Virus record (IMG/VR): IMGVR_UViG_3300012990_000005
Location: 1 to 46,803 of that record
Source: a virus
Taxonomy: Duplodnaviria > Caudoviricetes
Reading direction: 5' to 3' (one strand)
Length of the DNA: 46,803 nt
The notes beneath the pieces are model-generated. The model made no database searches. It was not told the origin of the DNA and saw nothing but the letters and a program-made list of their open reading frames with translations. Within the stretch, counting starts at the first letter, position 1, and the number at the start of each line of letters is the position of its first letter. A program made the position numbers and the translations under genes. Below are positions 8,280 through 15,818 of this stretch, one piece after another.

Positions 8280-10299
8280 AACAGATTTCCATTTTGATTG
8301 GGAGTCTCTTAGTCGCATTGACTTAGGGACTTTTGGTTCAGTCAATTACGCTTGTCACCCTTCGACCGATACCACTCGCCTAGCGTATGGCTTCGGTCGC
8401 ACGGGTACTATTAAAGTATGGCGACCTCTTACCCAACCAGTACCACAAGAGATCCTCGACGTCGCCTTACACCCAGAGAAGTATAACTTCATCGCGTGGA
8501 ACATTGTCTTTGATTATCTCTTATGGATATGTGTTTTACCTAGAAGAGTCCCAGGTCTTAAACGACCACCACTAGAGAACCTTCACGATGCCATGGCATT
8601 GAGTTGCCACTTCCGTACCGGAGCTTCGATTGAATCCTGCTCTCAGTTTATGGGTATGCCTATGGGTAAAGACCCAGAAGGTAGAAGGATAATGTTGAAG
8701 CAATGTAAGCCCGGACGTGATGGAAACTTTCCTAAGCTTACCGATGCGGAAGAGATTGCTTTCGACCGCTATGCTATCGGTGATGTTCGTATCATGAGGG
8801 ACGCTTACTACCGGATGCCGCCACTTCCTGAGCCAGAAAGGTATGCGTGGTCTTGGACATTCAGAAGAAACATCGAAGGTATTAAAGTCGATATACCTTT
8901 AGTCCTAGAACTCAAGTCAATCGTTGACGAGTCGATGCCTAAGCTTGAAAAAGAATTCGAATCAATCGTCGGTTGTTCTGTGAGATCGCCGAAAGCAAAA
9001 GACTGGTTCAAACAATTCTGGCCTTGGATAGAAGATATGCAAAAGGATACTGTCCGAGATATGTTCCTCGACCCTAAGCCAGTACCTCCACACGCCAAGA
9101 GAGCACTAGAACTTAAAGACCTAGCAGGCTCAACATCAATCAGTAAACTTCAAACGGCCATCGATCACGCATATCTCGGCAGGATTTATGACGTATTAAA
9201 ATATCACTTTGCTCAAACGAAAAGATGGAGTGGACATGGAATCCAAATTCAAAACCAACCACGCGTCGATACCAAGAGGCCAGATAACTTTTTCAATCCC
9301 AAGAAGGATGGGTATATTAAGCTTGAGATTGATCACGATGATCTCGCTTCTCAAGTCAAAGCAATCCGTCATAATCTTCGCGACCCCATCGGATTTGCAA
9401 AGAACCTTATCAGACGTATGTGGATACCTGCGAATGGCAGGAAATTTTTCTGTGGAGATTGGTCGAAGATCGAACCGACAACACTCTTCTGGCTTGTCGG
9501 ACTTGGCCCTATACCGAAGAAGTGGTATGAAGAAATGGCAGCGGAAATTTATAGCAAACCTGTTGAACAGATCAGTAAAGACTCCGAGGAAAGACAAGTT
9601 GGAAAGACAGCAGCTTTATCGTGTGGCTATGGTGCAGGATGGAAGTCGTTCATCGAAAAAACTTATGCGGATACAGGTATCGTACTTACCGAAGAAATGT
9701 CCAAGCAAGTTATCAATGCTTATCGACGAAAGTATCCTCATGTAGTTCAGATGTGGAAAGATCTTGAGTCTGGTTTTCGTTTAGCAATCCATGGCCAGAC
9801 ATCATCAGTATGTGGCGGCAAGGTTCATATCATGCCAATGCAAATGATCACTCCGATGTTTAAAGGTGTCGCGATCCGATTACCTTCAGGCTCATATCTT
9901 TTCTATCATCAAGCGAAAGAAGGGATCATGAACTACATGGAGGAAGTAACTGAGTATCGTAACGGCGTTCCAGTTACGTTCAAAGTACCTAGGCAGAAGT
10001 CCGCACTAATGTATTTGTCGGACGCAGGCAAGGGGAGACTTGAGTGGAAGACAGTGTACAGGGGCCTTTTGTGTGAAAACGTAACGAGTGCCACGGCGCG
10101 AGATATTATTTTACCTTCGACGTTCAACATGGAAAGACGTGGCGTAAACATCTTAGGTCTTGTTCACGATGAGATGTGGGGCGAACATCACGATTTAACT
10201 GAAGATGAATTTAAACGGCTAATGTGTATCAATCCGAGTTGGTGTCCTGATATGGACATTCAAGCGGAGTGCAACGTAGGAGTTCGTTATCTTAAATAA
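8272..10299 (+). CDS. Family A DNA polymerase with 3'-5' exonuclease (APSE/SPO2 type)
   Basis: Exo DWE, AWNIVFD, YAIGDV; motif A DWSKIE; motif B RQVGKTAALSCGYG; motif C VHDE. Confidence 0.95.
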   Translation: MIKTDFHFDWESLSRIDLGTFGSVNYACHPSTDTTRLAYGFGRTGTIKVWRPLTQPVPQEILDVALHPEKYNFIAWNIVFDYLLWICVLPRRVPGLKRPPLENLHDAMALSCHFRTGASIESCSQFMGMPMGKDPEGRRIMLKQCKPGRDGNFPKLTDAEEIAFDRYAIGDVRIMRDAYYRMPPLPEPERYAWSWTFRRNIEGIKVDIPLVLELKSIVDESMPKLEKEFESIVGCSVRSPKAKDWFKQFWPWIEDMQKDTVRDMFLDPKPVPPHAKRALELKDLAGSTSISKLQTAIDHAYLGRIYDVLKYHFAQTKRWSGHGIQIQNQPRVDTKRPDNFFNPKKDGYIKLEIDHDDLASQVKAIRHNLRDPIGFAKNLIRRMWIPANGRKFFCGDWSKIEPTTLFWLVGLGPIPKKWYEEMAAEIYSKPVEQISKDSEERQVGKTAALSCGYGAGWKSFIEKTYADTGIVLTEEMSKQVINAYRRKYPHVVQMWKDLESGFRLAIHGQTSSVCGGKVHIMPMQMITPMFKGVAIRLPSGSYLFYHQAKEGIMNYMEEVTEYRNGVPVTFKVPRQKSALMYLSDAGKGRLEWKTVYRGLLCENVTSATARDIILPSTFNMERRGVNILGLVHDEMWGEHHDLTEDEFKRLMCINPSWCPDMDIQAECNVGVRYLK

Positions 10300-10308
10300 G
10301 GATGCAGT

Positions 10309-10590
10309 ATGACTAAAGAAGATCAAGAGAAATTTTATAAGAAAGTCGGTCGGGCTTTACAGGACGCGAGGAAACGTAGGAACATTAGTGTTTACCAACT
10401 ATCAAATTTAGTAGGTGAACATCATCTCACGATCAAAGGCATCGAAGCCGGAAGACCTCACTCCTTGCACCACGCTTATTGGATGAGAAAACATTTAGGG
10501 ATTGATGTCAACACTATCGAGATTAACAACATGGACGGAGGGGAACATGGGGAAGAAAACAGAGCAGTCAGTCTCAAACACTTCATCTAA
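10309..10590 (+). CDS. XRE-family HTH protein
   Basis: VGRALQDARKRRNISVYQLSNLVG...IKGIEAG. Confidence 0.8.
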   Translation: MTKEDQEKFYKKVGRALQDARKRRNISVYQLSNLVGEHHLTIKGIEAGRPHSLHHAYWMRKHLGIDVNTIEINNMDGGEHGEENRAVSLKHFI

Positions 10591-11092
10591 GAAGGCAGAC
10601 TCAAGTACAGGATCAAAAAAGAAAAAGGTCAATGGTGCTAAGAAAGGTAAGCAATTTGAAAGAGAGATTGCCACGGCACTAGGGCATATCTTTCCAGATG
10701 CGCAGAGAGAGTTAGAATACCAAGCAGCAGGGAATAGAGGGACTGACATATCACACACCGACCTTTTCCAAATTCAATGCAAACGGTATGCCGGATACGC
10801 TCCTATCGGAAAGATCCACGAAATTAAATTAGAATCAGAGAATCATATTCCGGTCTTGGTAACTCAAGGAAACCGGATGGAGTGCATGGCCGTACTTCCA
10901 TTTGATAAGCTTGTCACCCTTATTGAGATTGCGTATGGCCATGCACCTCGTTTTATTAATCCGTACTTAAAAAATCCAAAGCAAGAGATTCAAAAGTTCT
11001 TATCATCACAGGAGCTTCCTCGATTGCCCGAAGCTATTGAAGTCGAGGTCGTTAAGAAAGAAGAACCAGTTTCATTATCAACGTATCTGTAG
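10547..11092 (+). CDS. Hjc-like Holliday-junction resolvase (PD-(D/E)XK); ends SLSTYL
   Basis: KKGKQFEREIA...GTDI...IQCKR; GGAGG RBS before ATG 10547. Confidence 0.8.
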   Translation: MGKKTEQSVSNTSSKKADSSTGSKKKKVNGAKKGKQFEREIATALGHIFPDAQRELEYQAAGNRGTDISHTDLFQIQCKRYAGYAPIGKIHEIKLESENHIPVLVTQGNRMECMAVLPFDKLVTLIEIAYGHAPRFINPYLKNPKQEIQKFLSSQELPRLPEAIEVEVVKKEEPVSLSTYL

Positions 11093-11101
11093 TTAGCAAA
11101 G

Positions 11102-13204
11102 GTGACACTTGTGCAAGATTTAAAAGCAATTCGATTCATGGCCGGACAAAAAATCTCCCACGATTATATGGGTTCGGAAGTTAATACGTTCAGCTACCGC
11201 GACCTATGGGAGAGAGGTATTACTGAAGTAGGGATTCCTTGTAAGCAGAACCGTTTAATAGTTATCGACGTGGACGTAGCAGGAGCCTCCCATCAAAATG
11301 ACGGACGAGAGTATTGGGCAAACTTCTGTCGTGAGTTCGGAGTACCACCAACATACACAATCAAAACAAAGTCAGGTGGATTCCACTTCTACTTTAAACT
11401 TCCCGAGGCAATTAACCACGACACCTTTGCCCCGCCGGGACAATTAGCCCCGGGCGTGGATGTTAAGTGGAACGGGTGGGTCGCCGCCCCTCCAACACCG
11501 GGCTACGTTATCCTTAACGGAAGTCTAGCGGAGATCGCTGATTGTCCTCCAAGCCTTATGGCAGAAATGGCAAGGATCAGGAACGGAAGTTTATCTAAGA
11601 CCTTCGACGTTACTGACCCTAATGCCGTAACGACTCTTCACTCTCCCTTTACTCAGATCCAATTAATTGATCTATCCGAAAAGATTTCTTGGGTTCAACA
11701 GAACGCTTCACTCTCCCGATCAGATTGGAGGGATGGACTCTTTGCTCTTAAAGCAGGGATTGATGACGAAGCGGTACTTGACGAGTTCGTTTGTAGGTGG
11801 ACTCAGAACAAGAACTATCATCCGGGTGATGAAGAGGAAGCTCGTAAGATCGTTGCACGCGCAGATAAGTTTGGCCCGATCGGGCCCGGCTCGATCTTCT
11901 CGATCATCAACCAAGTTAGAAAACTCCAAGGAGTTCCTGACATCGAAACGCCATTTACGATTCAAGAAATCTTAGATCGTTCTCGAGTACATAAAAGTAT
12001 TAAGAAGGATGGCTCTCTTGTCATCGAGGCATCAGAGTCAAACGCAGCCGCACTACTAGGAGCTATCATTGATGAAGAAACTTTATACCATGACGTTAGA
12101 AGTGACCTATACATTTATAAAGGTAGGCCTCACTCGGACGCTGAACTTACTTCGATCTTCTTACCGATGCTTCAATCAACTGCCTTCGGTTTGGGACTTG
12201 AAAAATTTAGGAGGGCAACAGTATCCGCAGGCATCGATGTTCTCATGGCAACAAGAAGGAAAGATCCTCACCGCGTCTACCTACAGTCGCTTAAATGGGA
12301 TGGTATTCCACGCGTGGAAAAATTCTTTATTGATTATGTCGGACTTGAAGACACCCCATATATTCGAGTCGCAGGAAAAAACCTATGGTCATCTCTTGCG
12401 GCAAGAGGACTCCACCCCGGATGCAAGCTTGACTCCATGTTTATCATTGAAGGTTCTGAAGGTATCAGGAAGTCCTCTCTTATCGAAGCTATTGCAGGAC
12501 AATATACGTATGCTCCAAGCCAACGAGATATTGCCACGGACATCGACGTTCTAAGACAGATGCACCAATCGGTAATCACCGAGCTTCCTGAGTTAGTAGG
12601 TATTGTCGGGCAAAACTCAGAGTTTGTTAAAGCTTTCTTAGCTAAACCTTTTGATAACATCAGAAGTCTTTTTGCCCGTAAAGCTACAAGAAACGATAGA
12701 GGTTTTATTATCATCGGTACTACCAATAGTGATAAGTACCTCTCAATGGATATGGGATCGAGAAGGTTCTGGCCAATAGTAATTCCTTCAGGCTGTTCAA
12801 TCGACACTAAGGGAATTATTAATAGCCGTGACCAATTGTTTGCGGAAGGTATCGCTCTCTATAAAGACGGCCACGAATATTGGAATATGCCGAAAGAACT
12901 TCTGAACCCTATCGTAGCTAACAAAGTCGTGGAGGATCCTATCACTAATGCAATTCGCGAGATGGTAGGAGAGTTCACAGGTATCTTCACGATCCTCGAT
13001 GTCTACCGCAAACTTGAGGCAGGAGGCTTTATTAACAGAGGACTCACTACTCAGGTAAGTAACAGGATCGAAGGTGCTTTAAAACGAATTGGCTGCGAGA
13101 GGGACGGGCATGGTTGGAAGACTAAGGCAATCGTCGTCAACCAGATGATCAACACCATGGTACAAGTCGCGAACCAACAGTCATTAATGAGTCAGTATTT
13201 ATGA
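11102..13204 (+). CDS. Primase-polymerase / PriCT / VirE-family helicase fusion
   Basis: GIPC..LIVIDVD, TKSGGFHFYF, GVDVK..GWVAAPP; WDGIPRVE, GCKLD, EGSEGIRKSS, GTTN...GSRRFWPI. Confidence 0.92.
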   Translation: MTLVQDLKAIRFMAGQKISHDYMGSEVNTFSYRDLWERGITEVGIPCKQNRLIVIDVDVAGASHQNDGREYWANFCREFGVPPTYTIKTKSGGFHFYFKLPEAINHDTFAPPGQLAPGVDVKWNGWVAAPPTPGYVILNGSLAEIADCPPSLMAEMARIRNGSLSKTFDVTDPNAVTTLHSPFTQIQLIDLSEKISWVQQNASLSRSDWRDGLFALKAGIDDEAVLDEFVCRWTQNKNYHPGDEEEARKIVARADKFGPIGPGSIFSIINQVRKLQGVPDIETPFTIQEILDRSRVHKSIKKDGSLVIEASESNAAALLGAIIDEETLYHDVRSDLYIYKGRPHSDAELTSIFLPMLQSTAFGLGLEKFRRATVSAGIDVLMATRRKDPHRVYLQSLKWDGIPRVEKFFIDYVGLEDTPYIRVAGKNLWSSLAARGLHPGCKLDSMFIIEGSEGIRKSSLIEAIAGQYTYAPSQRDIATDIDVLRQMHQSVITELPELVGIVGQNSEFVKAFLAKPFDNIRSLFARKATRNDRGFIIIGTTNSDKYLSMDMGSRRFWPIVIPSGCSIDTKGIINSRDQLFAEGIALYKDGHEYWNMPKELLNPIVANKVVEDPITNAIREMVGEFTGIFTILDVYRKLEAGGFINRGLTTQVSNRIEGALKRIGCERDGHGWKTKAIVVNQMINTMVQVANQQSLMSQYL

Positions 13205-13404
13205 AGCATGAAGTTCAAAGGTGCGGAAGCCCTGACTGCTTAAAGTGCCATTGTCAGGAGTGCGAAGTCGCTCGACGATCTATCCATGAGGTAGGGATTG
13301 AAGTAGACATAAGAACTCAGGAAGTTCTAAGTGTTCGCTTTGGTTGGTTCGTTCCTGCTAGTCAATTCATGTTGGATTTAAGAGTCTTAGTGAAGGTAGA
13401 GTAA
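13201..13404 (+). CDS. Small Cys-rich hypothetical protein
   Basis: ATGA-coupled; CGSPDCLKCHCQEC. Confidence 0.6.
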   Translation: MKHEVQRCGSPDCLKCHCQECEVARRSIHEVGIEVDIRTQEVLSVRFGWFVPASQFMLDLRVLVKVE

Positions 13405-13407
13405 GGC

Positions 13408-13480
13408 ATCCGGAAAAGTAACTGCTCGGGATGATCTTATCGAGGGGATGAGACTTTAGGAGGGAGCTACCTTTCCGGAT
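13408..13480 (-). ncRNA. Putative ~73-nt small RNA with a 16-bp closing stem and C/U-rich anti-SD loops
   Basis: Arms 13408-13423 and 13465-13480 pair fully on the - strand (two G-U pairs, which would be A-C mismatches on +); the predicted +1 coincides with the first stem base. Confidence 0.65.
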
Positions 13481-13486
13481 ACAGGT

Positions 13487-13538
13487 AGACTATCAATTCC
13501 TTAAAGCATTAGACAACCGTAAAAATCAACCTTACCAT
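13487..13538. promoter_or_regulatory. Overlapping divergent sigma70-like promoters
   Basis: Minus: TTGTCT(13516-13511)-N18-TAGTCT(13492-13487). Plus: TAGACA(13510-13515)-N17-TACCAT(13533-13538). Confidence 0.6.
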
Positions 13539-13544
13539 TTAATT

Positions 13545-13725
13545 AATCCACGAACTGCTAGACATTGCGTTCTAGTAAGCGTGCTTGATTCCTCTGTGGC
13601 AGTAGCCTTGGGAAACGAGTGCAATCTACACTCTGATTCAGCATCACGGGTGATGTGTCCGCATCCAGAGGGCGGTGAACTCCTGAGTATCCGGTGGCGT
13701 GCTTTTAATCACCCGAGCCACCACT
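13545..13725 (+). ncRNA. Putative ~180-nt structured non-coding RNA
   Basis: No convincing ORF; several hairpins and a multibranch domain closed by CCTCTG/CAGAGG; G-U pairs favour the + strand; lies just downstream of the plus promoter. Confidence 0.5.
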
Positions 13726-14148
13726 TTAAATTTTATCGGTCTTAATTATCCTTGAGAGTTCTTTGGCCCTAGCTCCGACTTGATCTGCCCACTTGGAGAG
13801 TAACATCTCCTGAGAAGCAAGATCGTACTGGCCCTTTGACATTGCGAGGTTAAATCTTTTGAAACCTTTAAAGCGATTAATCCCAAGATTGAAAAGCATA
13901 TTTACTATGACCGCTTTCCTAGCAGGAGATAAGGTATGATAGTAGTTGAGGCTGGAAGCATCCTTGAGGGAAGTCTCAAGGTCGTTGATCAAGAGATGGT
14001 CTGCTTGCTCCTTAGTGATGGTAAGACCTTTCTGTACCTCGGGGCCAGTATGCCCATAGCCGATAGTCCATACCCCTTCCGTGCATTGATAGGCGACGAG
14101 TCTGAGCCCTTCATGTCGTTTGAGCATTGGGAGTAATAGGTTCATCAT
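13726..14148 (-). CDS. Endolysin, GH24 (T4-lysozyme-like) muramidase
   Basis: HEGLRLVAYQCTEGVWTIGYGH (E-x8-C-x5-T), NMLFNLG, SKWADQVGARA. Confidence 0.93.
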   Translation of the reverse strand: MMNLLLPMLKRHEGLRLVAYQCTEGVWTIGYGHTGPEVQKGLTITKEQADHLLINDLETSLKDASSLNYYHTLSPARKAVIVNMLFNLGINRFKGFKRFNLAMSKGQYDLASQEMLLSKWADQVGARAKELSRIIKTDKI

Positions 14149-14276
14149 TTCTTTTTACCACCGGGCTTTGGGATATGCCCTTTGACTTTAGGTTTTGTGC
14201 CAGGCTTAATGCCACGTTCTTTTAATATCTCTTCAAGACGTTCAGTGTTCTTATTTTTTAAAGGTATCTTTGCCAT
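14145..14276 (-). CDS. Small Lys/Pro-rich basic peptide (43 aa)
   Basis: GAGG RBS; MAKIPLKNKNTERLEEILKERGIKPG...GGKKK; stop overlaps the endolysin start. Confidence 0.6.
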   Translation of the reverse strand: MAKIPLKNKNTERLEEILKERGIKPGTKPKVKGHIPKPGGKKK

Positions 14277-14289
14277 CGTGTACCTCGCG

Positions 14290-14628
14290 TTATAGTTTTG
14301 GCATCCTCTTTAGGCCGAAGTTTAAAGTTTTGAACCATGTGAGATCGTCGAAGTAGAGAGTTCTTTTTTCCCACTTCACGCAAAAGATAAATTTCTTCAC
14401 ACAAATTTCTGATTGATATGAAGGTTTAATCTTTCCGTCAGTAGGATCTACTCTTAATGGATAGAAAGCATCTTCAGGATGGAAGGCAATGTCTGGCGCA
14501 GGAATGTCGGTATTACTTTTTAAGACTTCCGTGTTCTCTGATGACAAGCTCTGCGAGTTGTTCGGCATCGAAGCGCAACCGATCAAGTTTAAGGTCGCTC
14601 CAATTATCAATGCCTTTATTAAGTTCAT
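14290..14628 (-). CDS. Lipoprotein, putative outer-membrane spanin
   Basis: MNLIKALIIGATLNLIG-C lipobox, Pro-rich; starts inside the upstream gene in another frame; lysis context. Confidence 0.6.
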   Translation of the reverse strand: MNLIKALIIGATLNLIGCASMPNNSQSLSSENTEVLKSNTDIPAPDIAFHPEDAFYPLRVDPTDGKIKPSYQSEICVKKFIFCVKWEKRTLYFDDLTWFKTLNFGLKRMPKL

Positions 14629-14740
14629 CTTGGTAATCCTTCTCTAGCTTTTGGTATTTCTTTAAGAACCTATCCTTAGTCTGGTCTTGAAAGACTTCCA
14701 GTCCTACTTTAATCAAACCAAGGATAAGTGCTATGTTCAT
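14513..14740 (-). CDS. Putative inner-membrane spanin
   Basis: Short N-terminal hydrophobic stretch followed by charged helices; overlaps the lipoprotein gene by 116 nt. Confidence 0.5.
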   Translation of the reverse strand: MNIALILGLIKVGLEVFQDQTKDRFLKKYQKLEKDYQDELNKGIDNWSDLKLDRLRFDAEQLAELVIREHGSLKK

Positions 14741-14741
14741 C

Positions 14742-15014
14742 TTATGCCTTTGAAGCAGCTACGATTTTCTTAACAAGATTGTAAGAGATGGCCCCAAGCT
14801 CTAAGAGTTCTGCTTGGTCAAGATCTTTAAGCTCGTCGTCGATAAGGTTAATACCTTTACCAGCTTCTAGGATTACTTCAGCTTTCTTGATTAGTTCAAG
14901 AGCTTTAGGTACATCGTCAACACCTAGACCGTCTTTAGCGATCTCAATACCAGATACGGCAACGAGTTCAATTCCTGCTAGTAGTTCTTTAGTTTCTTTA
15001 ATACCTAGTGACAT
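14742..15014 (-). CDS. Hypothetical helical protein in the lysis region
   Basis: GGGAGG RBS before ATG 15014. Confidence 0.75.
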   Translation of the reverse strand: MSLGIKETKELLAGIELVAVSGIEIAKDGLGVDDVPKALELIKKAEVILEAGKGINLIDDELKDLDQAELLELGAISYNLVKKIVAASKA

Positions 15015-15030
15015 AGTCCCTCCCATGGGT

Positions 15031-15252
15031 TTATCTCGTTTCTTTAATAAGAGCTTCTAATTTATCAAATCTCTTATCTAAATGTTTCATGTCTATTTCT
15101 CTGATCTCTTTAACTTCTCTTCTTATGTCACTTCCTTCAGCTTTAACGATTGCGTTTATAGAAAGAAAAGCTGTCCACCCAATCCCTATGAGGAATACTA
15201 CGACTCCTAAGACTGATTTAAGTATCGGAGCTAGGAAAGGTAGTAGTTTCAT
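15031..15252 (-). CDS. Single-TM membrane protein, holin candidate
   Basis: Hydrophobic residues ~13-35 followed by a charged coiled coil; upstream of the endolysin. Confidence 0.5.
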   Translation of the reverse strand: MKLLPFLAPILKSVLGVVVFLIGIGWTAFLSINAIVKAEGSDIRREVKEIREIDMKHLDKRFDKLEALIKETR

Positions 15253-15263
15253 TTTAAATCCCC

Positions 15264-15818
15264 TTATCTGCTCACTTTAACCACTGTAAAATAATTATAT
15301 CCAGTAGAGGTTGATAGTGTTGCAGCACCGCCTGTTCTATTGTTAGTCGCCACAATTTTTATAACACTCCCACTAGATAGAGTGACGGTGTCACATCCCC
15401 CTAATCTAGGATCGATAGTGGTTGTTGCCGTTGCTCTATACCTATCAAGCTCTGAATAGAAACCTCCATCAAGCCAAAGATTTAGGGTTGCAACATCCGC
15501 CGAGGTGTACGCCTGGGCCGAGAAAGATATTTTGGAGCAAACTAAGTAAATCCCAGAGCTTGATGCTGTAAATGTTCCACTAGATGCGATTGATCCGATG
15601 GATGAAATTATACTTGTAGCAAAGGGAATATCAGTATCAGAAGCGGTCACTGAAGTTCCTGCCCTATTTTCTGCTCTTGCGACCATTGAGTCACTGTAGT
15701 TTTGCACTCTTTCAAATGCCATACTTCCTAGCATCCCATTCGCAGGAACCTGATTCGCACCAGTTCCAATGATGGCAAAAGCATTAAACGAGATGAGTAA
15801 TAAAATTAGATATTTCAT
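15264..15818 (-). CDS. C1q/TNF-like beta-sandwich fibre-tip protein with signal peptide
   Basis: MKYLILLLISFNAFA leader; DIPF...GTFTASSSGIYLV...VTLSSGSVIKI...NYFTVVKV C1q-like pattern. Confidence 0.7.
   Translation of the reverse strand: MKYLILLLISFNAFAIIGTGANQVPANGMLGSMAFERVQNYSDSMVARAENRAGTSVTASDTDIPFATSIISSIGSIASSGTFTASSSGIYLVCSKISFSAQAYTSADVATLNLWLDGGFYSELDRYRATATTTIDPRLGGCDTVTLSSGSVIKIVATNNRTGGAATLSTSTGYNYFTVVKVSR

Noticed and set aside
10280-10299. Polymerase C-terminus RYLK as a member of the YL motif set
   Set aside because: Polymerases of this type commonly end in G..RY.K as part of the fold; it lacks the linker and the free YL terminus.
13590-13725. Canonical tRNA, tmRNA or hammerhead ribozyme
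   Set aside because: There is no TTCRA T-loop or correct arm spacing, and CTGATTCA does not match the CUGANGA hammerhead core. Kept only as an unclassified ncRNA candidate.
14060-14115. Cys in place of the catalytic Asp in the endolysin as a novelty
   Set aside because: E-x8-(D/C)-x5-T is an established variant of the T4-lysozyme-like triad.
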